Source: Tubulanus polymorphus (Eukaryota > Animalia > Nemertea). Taken from it: a stretch of 64,000 nucleotides of DNA. Location: contig NC_134031.1 in assembly GCF_964204645.1 (NCBI RefSeq), positions 7,006,001 to 7,070,000 on the forward strand. The letters are read 5' to 3'. The translations under genes were made by a program, and so were the position numbers. Below are positions 13,608-24,404 of the stretch, in pieces; position 1 is the stretch's first letter, and every line of letters begins with the position of its first letter. The notes under the pieces were generated by a model. That model was not told the origin of the DNA and made no database searches. It saw only the letters and a list, made by a program, of their open reading frames with translations.

Positions 13608-14261
13608 ATTACTCAATTTACAACAAAATCATAAGACAAACACAATCCAGAACAAATAAGTGACTGATTTAGCAAGAAGATAAAACCTAATTGACTTGGA
13701 CTGTGATTAAATTTGTAGGGCCTAACGCGTTTCAAAAATTAAGCGAAATTTCAACAACTACTCCGATCAGGACCATAAATTCTAGTATAAAGCCTGACAT
13801 ATTTAGCCAGTAGTAACTTTATTTAGTTATCAATTATTTACAATAAATGGATGCTAAATTGGTGATCGGAGAGAGTTTAAATTGAAATTCAACGAATCGC
13901 AAAATGATGATTCATAAAACGAGATATCTAAGCATCTTAAACAATAACTATATTGCTCTCCTACAAACGCATCACACCTACCGAACTGCAAATAGTTTCA
14001 CGATTGGATATTGTTTTCACAAACCCAGACATTCATTTTCAAAATGGAGTCTATTTTCTCTGAATGATATACATGAAAAACAGACGACATTTTATTCATT
14101 CAATTTGCCAATTTTGGTGGCGTACTCCGAAAATGAAGCGAACCATGGAAAAAACCCAGAGATAGGACAAGACCTAAGAAGGAGATATTGACATCGGCTC
14201 AGAAGAAAATAAGGATGGCCGTATGAGCAAAGCCTGATATTTAGACAAATACATACTTAAC

Positions 14262-14381
14262 CTGGGTTCGGTTTTATAGACTGCTATTATCTTTAACCCG
14301 GGGGTTAACTCAATCAATTTGAAAATGAATTAAGTTAGCCCCCGGGTTAAAGTTAATACCAGTCTATAAAACCGGCACCAG
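14262..14381. mobile_element. Short palindromic MITE
   Basis: ctgggttcggttttatagactg...tttaacccgggggttaact / agttagcccccgggttaaag...cagtctataaaaccggcaccag. Confidence 0.65.
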
Positions 14382-14590
14382 TGGTTTAACCTTAAACTTA
14401 ATATATACATTAAAAGGAAGAACATTTTATCGGTTTTGAATTGAGTTCTTAAAATGAAAGTGAAATCGCTACACGTCGCAAAAGAACACCCGAAATGAGA
14501 TCCACGCATCCACACCTACCGAACCCCAAAACCTGAACTCAAACTTACTGAGTCTGAGGAAAGTTGAACGAAATCGTTAATTTTCGAGTT

Positions 14591-14710
14591 ACTTACCACA
14601 ACGAACGACAAAAACCAACCGTCTCTCTACATTGTCTGCTTACCACGTACGTCAACTGATAAGAGACCATTAGAGCGTCTGGTTTCTAGTAGCTTTAAAT
14701 ACGTCATAGA
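14591..14710 (-). promoter_or_regulatory. Probable non-coding first exon and core promoter of the MS4A-like gene
   Basis: Minus-strand donor GTAAGT (14591-14596), Inr-like TCAGTT (14654-14659), TATTTAAAG (14693-14701) and a CRE-like TGACGTA immediately upstream. Confidence 0.45.
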
Positions 14711-17009
14711 AATATTGTCGAGATTAATCATCCTCATCTAGCTCTGGCAAGCGAGGTCAATTTTTTCAAAATGATTAACACACACGATGAATAATGGAAC
14801 GGAATTCAACTTACCCCTTCAGTTTGATTATCAAATAAATGAATTCTGATTAATCACACTCATTAAACATTGTCGCATTAGAGTTTTCAACAATTAGCGA
14901 TCACGTTTGATCATTATTCCAATGTCCGATACACTGATTGTCAGAGGTCATTATATTCCTCATATTCATCACTTCAACACGGAAACAATCAAACGATGGT
15001 TTTAATCCAAAAGATCTTTGAAAATTTCCATGAAAATAGCGTCAATATGAGTATGAAAATCGACGGTCAATCAATCGCGTGCGCTTTGCGCCCAACTCAA
15101 CCGGTGGCCACGCGCGTTTAAAAGGCCCACTTGATTCTACCGGAACTGTATCAGTTGCAAACAATGTTTTTTATGTTCATGCCGAAAAAAGTTTGAATTT
15201 GAATTGAATTTGAATTTTTAGTGAATCGATATCATTGAATCTACGACTTAACTGTACGTGTGTGCGTGTTGGAATATGTAGGCTATATAGTCGTTGTCAT
15301 GATTCAGTTAATCGTACGCGACGCCGGGGGCGAACTCTTTTATCAGATCGGAGAATCTGTTTGCCTCCAATCGTACTCTTTTATTGGTCACGTGACTTGA
15401 TGGAGTCTCCGAAACCTCCCTTATGTCGAGGTGGTGTGATTCGGATTTTGTGTGGAGCCAACCGGAGATTTCGGACGGAGACTTCGGAAGTCATAAAAGA
15501 GTACGACCCGGGACATTGATCTCAAAAGATGCAACGCCTCAAAACTGAAAGATAGTAGAATGAACTTTGTCCGATACATACAATCCATTCAACATTTTGT
15601 GATGCGGTTGGGTTGTTTACTAAAAATGGTTTCTTCGATTGTCCTCACAGTATCCACACCGTGTTCGAACCTGGGACCAAATCTCGATAAAAAAATCACT
15701 TCTTTTCGAGTGACTAAATCTACTAATCTATGAGCGAAGATTCTTCATAAACTTGACAACGGCATCAAAGATTTTATTGCAATCATTCTAACAGTAGCGG
15801 TGCGATTTCAATAAGATTACGCAATAAGAATACGCATTGTTCTGTTACGGAAAAAAATTCCAAATCACGTCTTGGTGCAAAAGCTGTTGTTGAATATCTA
15901 TTACAAGTTTAGGTTTATTTCAATGATGAAAATAACAAGACTACATGTACAACAATACAATACAATAACAATAACAATACTCAAAATGATGTGCATTTTA
16001 TAGTTTCTTTCATTCTTAATATCGTTTCTAGACAATATTAGCCACTTCTAATGTAAGGTATAATCAAGCCTAGTGAGGTGTCTGTTTCGGGAGGCTTCGT
16101 TGTCTAATTGTTGAAAAACAGCTGCTGTTCTTAAATCCTTAATGATTAATGAAGTTCTGGCTTAAAAACATTTATTGTTACACAAGGGCCATCGGTAACT
16201 ATAAAATCTGTACATTGTTGTCATTAAATCATAAGAAAATAAAGGTTACATTAATCATTCAAGAATTTTGAGTGGGGGTCACATGGCCAAGGAAAATACT
16301 ACCGTAAAATCAAATGCATGCCCTAGGACCCGAGGGGTATCGTCGTCGCGTGTGAGCGTCCGAAACGTCTGGGCGAACGGTCGGGCGGGCGTGCAGATAT
16401 TGTCCCTGCTCTACAGCCATCCAGTTTTGATTTTCTAGTTACTTGGTGCTACGAGCAATTATCTATAATTGCTCGTAGCTTGGTGTGTGTGTGTGATTTA
16501 GGTCGGAGGAGGATTAGCTATATCAAATGGCCGCCACCATCATTTGGTGTACAAAAAGCCATTTCTGAGCTAGTTGCCGGCCATTCTACAGCCCAAGATT
16601 TCGGACCGTCTGACGAAAAGTTAAACCAATAAATCAAAAGTAGCGATTTTTTCGCTGACGTTCTGAAGAAAAACAATATAACTTGTAATCAGATCTAATT
16701 GAGTCACGGAGAAAAATAAAAGTAGTAAAAATTGCTATCAGTATAGCGCTACTTTTCAGCGGTAACGAAAAAGTCGAAACCTGATTAAGGAAAAACTTCT
16801 TCAAATCCGGACTGACTGACTCCGGCCGGTTCAAGGGTAAAGTAGCGCAGCACTCGGTTCCCTTTCGTCGACGGAGAATCGATTGTTTGTCCATATCAAT
16901 TTCTGAACGATCAAAGTTTGATTAAAGTTGATTGTGAATCGAATCGAAATCGCGTAAACAAATGACATGATTCGCATTGCAATGCGCGGGCACAGGCGTC
17001 TTTGTAAAG

Positions 17010-17160
17010 ATGATATTTTCTCGTGTATTGGTTACCATTGGTTTGTTGATGTTTTTGCCTTCTGCTACTTCGGGGGTCGATGTTATTAATGCACAAACGC
17101 ATCAGTCCTGGTGGAAAAGGTTTTGGAATCGTCGACCATGGTTTGATCATCAGAGTACCG
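17010..17160 (+). CDS. Putative first coding exon of a secreted Trp/Arg-rich peptide (MIFSRVLVTIGLLMFLPSATSG-VDVINAQTHQSWWKRFWNRRPWFDHQST); downstream exon not resolved
   Basis: ATG in aag-ATG context, a hydrophobic signal-like N-terminus ending ATSG, and a perfect G|GTAAGT donor at 17160/17161 (phase 1). Confidence 0.4.
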
Positions 17161-17584
17161 GTAAGTGATTTTATGTGCGACCACGTAACGATGCTCAGTT
17201 CCAGCGTTTCGTTTTGAGACCAGCGAACGAATCTATAGCAACCTCATAGATCATGTGATTACAGAGTTCAACAGTTGAGACATTCTGACGGTGTTACCGG
17301 CTATCACTGTATGTTACCTATGTTTCTCGGGATCCAGTTCCACGTTTTTGAGTTATGTTTGACGCTAGAGTTAAAACATCGTGTTTCAAAAGGCAACGGG
17401 AAGATTGCGACGGTTGCACGTGTTTCTTGTGCAACTTACCGATACGAAAGATATAGGTTACTTCTAAACAAATATCGAAAAAAATATACACAGACAGTAA
17501 AGGGACATTATAACTAAAATAATGATTTTGGTCACACCTTTTTATTTCATATTTAATACATATACATTATATTCATGGAATGCA

Positions 17585-17900
17585 TTAGTTATGGCAGCAT
17601 TTGCCGATACCCCAGCTGCAACAGTTGCTGCTTGGTCCACCGATCAGCCAGTAGGTTCCCTCGCCCAAACCGAATCTTCCTGGGCAGAAACATGGTACAC
17701 CTCTCTTGGCGATATGTACTTCATCTGTAATTTGAAAAGGTCACGTAAACAAATGTAAAATTTATACAAGGATTTCGTGCATACAGACAACACCATTTTA
17801 ATTTTACTTTGAAAAGTTTTATGAAAAAATTACCTTTTGCGGTGGCGGCTCCGAGGACCATGAAGATGGCCAAAGCAACGAACAAAGTTTTGGTGAACAT
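17585..17900 (-). CDS. Secreted six-cysteine peptide precursor A, 68 aa: MFTKTLFVALAIFMVLGAATAK-DEVHIAKR-GVPCFCPGRFGLGEGTYWLIGGPSSNCCSWGIGKCCHN; anemone-toxin/beta-defensin-like
   Basis: Coding exons 17900-17834 (67 nt) and 17724-17585 (140 nt) joined by a phase-1 GT-AG intron. A 5'UTR exon has its donor at 17979/17978 and a TATA-like ATAAATAG lies at 18043-18036. Signal peptide, acidic propeptide and KR site are present, and the exon structure is identical to paralogue B. Confidence 0.9.
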
Positions 17901-18483
17901 TCTGAAAATGAATTTTCATAGCAAAATCATTTGCTGATTGGGCGATTTTTTAATGTATGTTTTCGGAACAGCGCTTACCTGGTTGTTATTGGTGTCTCTG
18001 TTTGGATAACAGTAAATTTCAATAGCAGAAATCCTCTATTTATTGTCTCAAATAAGCACCAGCCTGCTGGGATTCGTCAACCGAGAGATTAAATGGCGCT
18101 TGAATTATCAAAAAAATATTCATGATTTTTCATCGTAACATGTGTTAGAATGAGTATCAACAAGAAAATTAATTTAAAAAAGTTATTTGACGCCTGCGAA
18201 ATAAATGTAGAATTTCTGGGATAAGCTAATGTGGAATTGCGAATTTGAAATCGAAGTTCTAAGAAATTTGGGGAATTATGAGATTTGGCGATTGGGTAGA
18301 TGATACAGGTCTTCGACTGTAGTAGTGGTTTAATTTGTTTGATTGAAAATTCTCAATAATTGATCGCGATCTTGCGACCGATTTCATTTACTTTTGCCTC
18401 TAAGCTGGTCTGCAACTTGATTGCATCCATGGTTGTAGAAAGAGCTCTTCTGATGTCTGCTTCATCATGACTTTTAAGTTAAT

Positions 18484-19483
18484 ACAATAAACCATTTTAC
18501 AGTTGCTAGCCGCCATTTTGTTAGGGTACTTTTGTCCCGTATTGTTGGGTCATTTTTTTCTCTTTTTTAAAAACTATCCGTGATGTGTATTGTATCATAT
18601 TTCATCTGTCGATGGATGAATTTTGACAACTTCAGCAACATTCAAACCGCGTGAATCTCTAGTTTTCAGTTATGTAAAAATCATTTCTCAAATTTACAAC
18701 AATGCGACATGAGAGCGATATAAAAATCGGTGGTCAGTTTTTGCCGTGCGCATAGAAATCCAGGGTACTGAACTTTGAAGTTCGTTATTTTCAGAAATAA
18801 TTTTCTAAAAAATCCAAACATTTCAAGCACTGTGCGCATAAACGCACACTTTCAGGTGAACTTTGAAATTTTAAGATATCTTGCCTAGTTTTTTTCCTAT
18901 GGCACTTTAACTGCAGCGCGTGTATTGTCATTCCGAGATTCGGCGCTGTTTTCTTTGCGTGTATTTCAGTATATGGGTTTTATTTCTTCATTTTCACTAC
19001 ACTTGTCTCTACGGAAAATGGTTTTAATTGTTGGAATGACAATACACGCGCTGCAGTTAAAGTGCCATAGGAAAAAAACTAGGCAAGATATCTTAAAATT
19101 TCAAAGTTCACCTGAAAGTGTGCGTTTATGCGCACAGTGCTTGAAATGTTTGGATTTTTTAGAAAATTATTTCTGAAAATAACGAACTTCAAAGTTCAGT
19201 ACCCTGGATTTCTATGCGCATGGCAAAAACTGACCACCGATTTTTATATCGCTCTCATGTCGCATTGTTGTAAATTTGAGAAATGATTTTTACATAACTG
19301 AAAACTAGAGATTCACGCGGTTTGAATGTTGCTGAAGTTGTCAAAATCCATCCATCGACAGATGAAATATGATACAATACACATCACGGATAGTTTTTAA
19401 AAAAGAGAAACAAATGACCCAACAATACGGGACAAAAGTACCCTAACAAAGTGGCGGCTAGCAACTGTAAAATGGTTTATTGT
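18484..19483. repeat. 1.0-kb near-perfect inverted repeat (451-bp arms, 98-bp spacer); foldback-like element
   Basis: 18484-18934 is the reverse complement of 19033-19483 with no indels (paired coordinates sum to 37967 at both ends). I counted about 4 mismatches by eye. Confidence 0.95.
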
Positions 19484-20940
19484 GTTACAGATCTACTTTC
19501 AATATTTACAGATCTACTGTGGGTTTTCATCGTTAACTCTACACAGAGATTCATTATTTCAGTTTACTGCAGTCATCAGATTCATTCTATATACATGTTT
19601 AGAAATATAATAGAACCCCCAAAAAAGTAATCTATTCTATATATCATGTACGTATAAAGCGTAAAGACTTATTTTATGCGTCATGTTGTTTCTGATTTTT
19701 TGGGAAGTTGGTATACGCCTAGATTTGAATAATCGGGATAGAACATACATGAATCACTCTAGATACTTTGGAATGTAATATCGTTCATTGACTACCATAT
19801 ATGCTAATTAGGGCGCCAGAACGCCGAACAAGCAAACGGATTTTCGGTGCGCCATTTTAGAAAATTCATTTTTCACATTTTCCCAACGACAATAAAACGT
19901 CAGACGAGGTTCCAAGTCGCACCCAAGCAGAAGGGCAGAATTTTTCGAGGCGACTTCAGAAAAGGGCCAATTGTACAGAGTATTCCGGGGCCCCAAAATA
20001 CCGAAATTCTTGATTTACGTGTGTCTTATTTCTGGATTCCTCTGCGTAATGCCGTACTTGCATGATGTCTATATTCAAATTTCATTCTGTTTTTGGAGTC
20101 TCGAGAGAATCTATCCCTTAATCAGAAAACGCCCATTAACTCGGCAGTTGTTCCGCCCATTGAATTCATTTTGTTTGTTTGTTCATTCTTGTTTAAGTAG
20201 ATCTTATATTGGTTTCCCAAGAGAAACCTTTATTGGATTCATGGAGGAATGTGTGTAGCCTATGAACAGTCTGTGGTTTCCCTGAATTTCAAATGGTCTC
20301 AAATGCACTGTATTGTCTCAATTGGACATTTACTTATTGTTGAAGGAATCTCGTTTTACGTAAATTCCATTTTTGACTATGTTCTTTTGATAAAAGAATT
20401 TTCTTTATTGTCAGATTTTTAGTTATTGACTTGGTTTTTCGATTTATCATTTCAATTGAGCTCTCCTAAATAATGGATGGAAAGTTTATTTGATACCATC
20501 ATTAGTAAACACCCTTATTTCATTTATCAAGTTTGGTTTTGAGGAAAAATAGGTCGCTTCATAATTAGTCTTTGAAAACCAGTCGGTTTTGCCGGTGGTC
20601 TACTAGACCCATTACCCTTAATATGTAAAGAAGACATCCTACTGATCACTAATCTATCACAAAGATTTATTCATTAACATAGATTAAATCATAAATATTT
20701 TATCATTTCGGAGGAACTATTTTCTGGACACACTGTATATCATATACATATTGTTGTAAAGCAGTTAGAAAGTTAGATAAATTATAGCGACATAGAATTC
20801 CAAGCTGTGACTTAGGTGTTTATTTTAGTAATATTTAAAATACATAAAATATCTTAATTGAAAATGTAAAGCTTTCGCTTTCGTGCATACGTGAAAATTA
20901 CCCTCTGAAAAGCCGATTACATGTAAATAGAACATATCGC

Positions 20941-20980
20941 TATAAAATGACCGATTTCTACCAGTTTTTTTGTTGTTGAA
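20941..20980 (+). promoter_or_regulatory. TATA box and Inr of peptide gene B
   Basis: TATAAAA about 30 nt upstream of ccagtt, followed by a short UTR exon and a GTAAGT donor. Confidence 0.6.
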
Positions 20981-21123
20981 TCGTCATCGCATTCATACGT
21001 CTACTCATTCAGGTAAGTTCCCCAATAATCTAAACTCATTCGGAGTTTTGTCTCAGTTATAGATATTTCACTTCAGACGTTTGGTAATTCATCCCGGAGC
21101 CCTTTGTATGATACAATTTCAGA

Positions 21124-21655
21124 ATGTTTACCAAAACTCTTTTCGTTGCCTTGGCCGTTTTCATGGTCATTGGAGCCATTGCTGCTGAAGGTAAATATCA
21201 CTTGATATGTATCTACAGACCAATTTAATGTTGCAAGGTTCTTAGCCATCAATGTATTAGAATTTGGACAAAAAACACCCGGGCGTCTTATGGTCCGGTC
21301 CATTAAAAGTTCTAACAATTACTCACGATATGATGATATGATTTATTTTAAAGTACAAATTTTACAGAATCAATGAATAAGCAAATACATAAAAAATGTA
21401 ATAATATTAGATTAGACAAGATATCCCAAAAGACCACTAAACATTACGCACAAAATATGATTCGATTGGCTTCCGCGCGCTGCTCTATATAGCTGGCATA
21501 TTTCAATATGCATTATAGAAGTTGAAGTTGAAAAGAGAGGAATTCCATGTACCTGTAAAGTCAACGGCAAACGAGGAACCTGGTGGGTGATTGGTGGACC
21601 AGATCACAACTGCTGCAGTGGTAGCGGATTAGCTATTGGCAGATGTTGTTGGTAA
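21124..21655 (+). CDS. Secreted six-cysteine peptide precursor B, 67 aa: MFTKTLFVALAVFMVIGAIAAE-EVEVEKR-GIPCTCKVNGKRGTWWVIGGPDHNCCSGSGLAIGRCCW; anemone-toxin/beta-defensin-like
   Basis: Coding exons 21124-21190 and 21519-21655 joined by a phase-1 GT-AG intron. The 5'UTR exon ends at 21012 (GTAAGT); TATAAAA at 20941-20947 and AATAAA at about 21705. Confidence 0.92.
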
Positions 21656-22691
21656 TCACCTAATATCATTGTTCAAAAAAGAAATGTTTGTTACATAGAA
21701 CGTGAATAAACTGAATAATGAATATGAAATCTTCACTGTCTGATTCAAAATATTTCTCCTCTTGCAAGGGATTGGCGCTAGTCGAGGTAATCTCTTTCGG
21801 AAATTCAAAATTACTCGTGTGACGGGTGTCGTTATACATGAATTTTATCGTCAAAAAATATTTCCTTTATGACGAATAATCATGATGATACGTACGTACG
21901 TATTATACAGATGACGGAAAACAGATGAAAACAAAGCATTTAAATACTAGAAAATGATAAACAATGATCATAGGAAAATTGAAACTGTAAATATTGACTC
22001 GCGCTTATTCTTGACCTTTGAAGAAACAAGTGGAGCTCATTCATATTGGACCGATTTTTCAGAAAATGTTGTCGTCCCCCCGAGATCAACTCAATTCTAG
22101 TTTTACTTGTCAATTCAGAAAACGGATTCGTTGTACGTTTTGTTTTGCCAGTTTCACCAAGTTGAACAGCGTGGAGATTCTGTTTAGAAAAGAATCAATG
22201 AATATTCTTTGCGGACACGTTTATTTGAAGTTGGTATTACAATCAGTTGAAAACGCGTGTTCAGATGTTCTGTTGTTCTTAACAATGAATTATTGTCAGA
22301 AGAAAGAGGCTTATCTTTATAGTCTTCTTTGTTCAGGTTCAGTATTTTTTTGTCACGTTTTCTATTTTTGGAACAATCTTTCTGGGCAAAGTTTTGATAA
22401 TACGAAAGGATTTAGTTCAACACTTTAGGGGATAAATTCAGGCAATCGGATTTCAGAAATTTGAACAATACGAGTTGTGAAAAGGCGTTGTTGGACCAAT
22501 CACATTTAGATATATAGCATCGTTCATCTACTTCTATAGAGATACCTAATTTAAACGAAGAAAGCCAATGAGATTTGTACGCATATCTGATGAAATCGGT
22601 TAATGACAAATCACACTAATTAAGGGATGGGCCTAGATTTTGAATGCTATCAGTGTTTAGTGTCATCCGCCGCATTCAACATCACACGATC

Positions 22692-24404
22692 ATGAACGCG
22701 ATCAACATTTTCCTGGTCGGTGTTTTCTGTCTCGTCGCCGCCGCAGAGGTTTTCGCCGAGTTCCGTTTTCAACAATTCACTCGACTGCCAGAATGTTCGA
22801 TGGGCGACAAAAAGGGCGAGAAAAGCTCACAGAACTGGGCGAAAACAAACCGCGGGATCGCACACAGAAATATTCGCAGCGTCTTCGAGTGCGGAGCTGT
22901 TTGCATGAACGATCAGAAATGTTCGGCGATGTCGTTCGACGGAGGACAATGCTACCTCTATGACGTCTACATTGACAACGCAGCACCATCAATGGCAAAA
23001 CCAAATACTATAAGGTAGGTTCATTTACTATTTGCAAATTAAGCGCGAATTAAGCCTGAATTATAGGAGCCCGATAGCTATATACGAATTTAAAAGATTA
23101 AAAACGAAATTTATTTATCAACTTAATAATCAAAAACACAGAATAAACAGAACATTTAGTCGACTGGGCCCTCTAGGTCATGAGTTTCTTTTTGACTTCA
23201 CCGGTCAAATCATAGGAGCCCGATAGCTATATACGAATTTAAAAGATTAAAAACGAAATTTATTTATCAACTAAATAATCAAAAACACAGAATAAACAGA
23301 AAATTTGGGCGACTGGGCCCTCTAGGTCATAAGTTTCTTTTTGACTTCACCAGTCGTCCAGCGTCTTATATATATATTACATATTACAATATTTTGTACT
23401 TGTAATTAATAATGCTACTTCTTATTGTAATTTAAATCTGAAGTAGAAAAAAATTTTTATTTGATTAGAAAATTGTGTGTTTAATTTTTAGAATAGTGGG
23501 TTTTGATTGTATCACGGCAAGTTTCGATTTGGTTCCTTGAGAACACTAACGTTCATGTTTCTTAAGTAAATGCGCACAATGATTTTCTAAATGAGTACGT
23601 TTTTATTCCTTGTGTTTCAGAAGAGTAATGATGGACCAACCACCAGCGCCAGTAGCAGTAGTACTAACGCTATGACAACGGGTAAGTTTTTTGCCCACAA
23701 AAACTTAACTATCTACCAAAAAATATACAAGTTTTTAACTATGGGAAGCAAGCCACTCGTCCGCCCAGTCACATTTATAGCATGTATTCAGAACGATACT
23801 ATCTATGTTTTTATTTTTTCAGCTATTGCAATCGTAAAACCGAAATTGCGCAAACTTCGTTATTTCTTCGATTTCGAGAAAGTTGATACCGAACGCGGAA
23901 TCGTGTTCGGCGAGGAAGCCAATGTGACAGCGCGTGATATCAAACAAAACATCGTGAAACTTAAACTGGTCGAAGGGGTCGATGGCAGCCAAACTATAGC
24001 TTTGGCGAGTCCGATTCTTAATTTTGATTTCGGTGACGTAAACGATGAAATTGATATGAAAAATTACTCGATTTCATTTTCATTCCGTGAAAGCGGTGTG
24101 ATAGCGATCTACTTCAAGAAATACTTAATATTCCATCGCCAAGATTATCAAGTGCGTCAAATTTCCAGCTGAACAATCGCTGATATATTTTATCGATCAG
24201 AACGTATTCAGAAAAATGAAATGGGTTTCGTTGAGATGCGTAAACGGGGATTTGTACGTTAATGATGGGCGTGTATCACACCGTCAAATCCATGATAAGG
24301 CGATAATCGTCGAGAGGAAAGCTGGCGATCCAATATTCCGTGTTGGTACAGTTTCTCGTCACGCTGTGATGGATAATCTTACATTAGAAGTCTGGTATTA
24401 TTGA
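22692..24404 (+). CDS. Secreted PAN/Apple-domain protein with Ser/Thr linker and ConA/LamG-like C-terminal domain (exons 22692-23014, 23492-23516, 23621-23681, 23823-24404); the last exon carries a frameshift at about 24125-24170 (pseudogene or sequence error)
   Basis: Signal peptide MNAINIFLVGVFCLVAAAEVFA and PAN motif SVFECGAVCMNDQKCSAMSFDGGQCYLY. The last exon reads YFFDFE...YSISFSF, then continues in a shifted frame as WVSL...LYVN...FRVG...MDNL, a typical ConA-like beta-sandwich pattern. Confidence 0.7.
23063..23352. repeat. Tandem duplication of a 149-bp unit in intron 1 of the PAN gene
   Basis: ataggagcccgatagctatatacgaatttaaaag... starts at 23063 and again at 23212, nearly identical. 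Confidence 0.9.

Noticed and set aside
18925-19176. 83-aa ORF in the palindrome
   Set aside because: It starts at a non-ATG codon, lies within the inverted repeat and has no recognisable domain.
21073-21318. ORF-track calls around the peptide genes (21073-21318 -, 17522-17758 +, 60001-60234 -, 60015-60338 -)
   Set aside because: They are antisense shadows of the real spliced exons.
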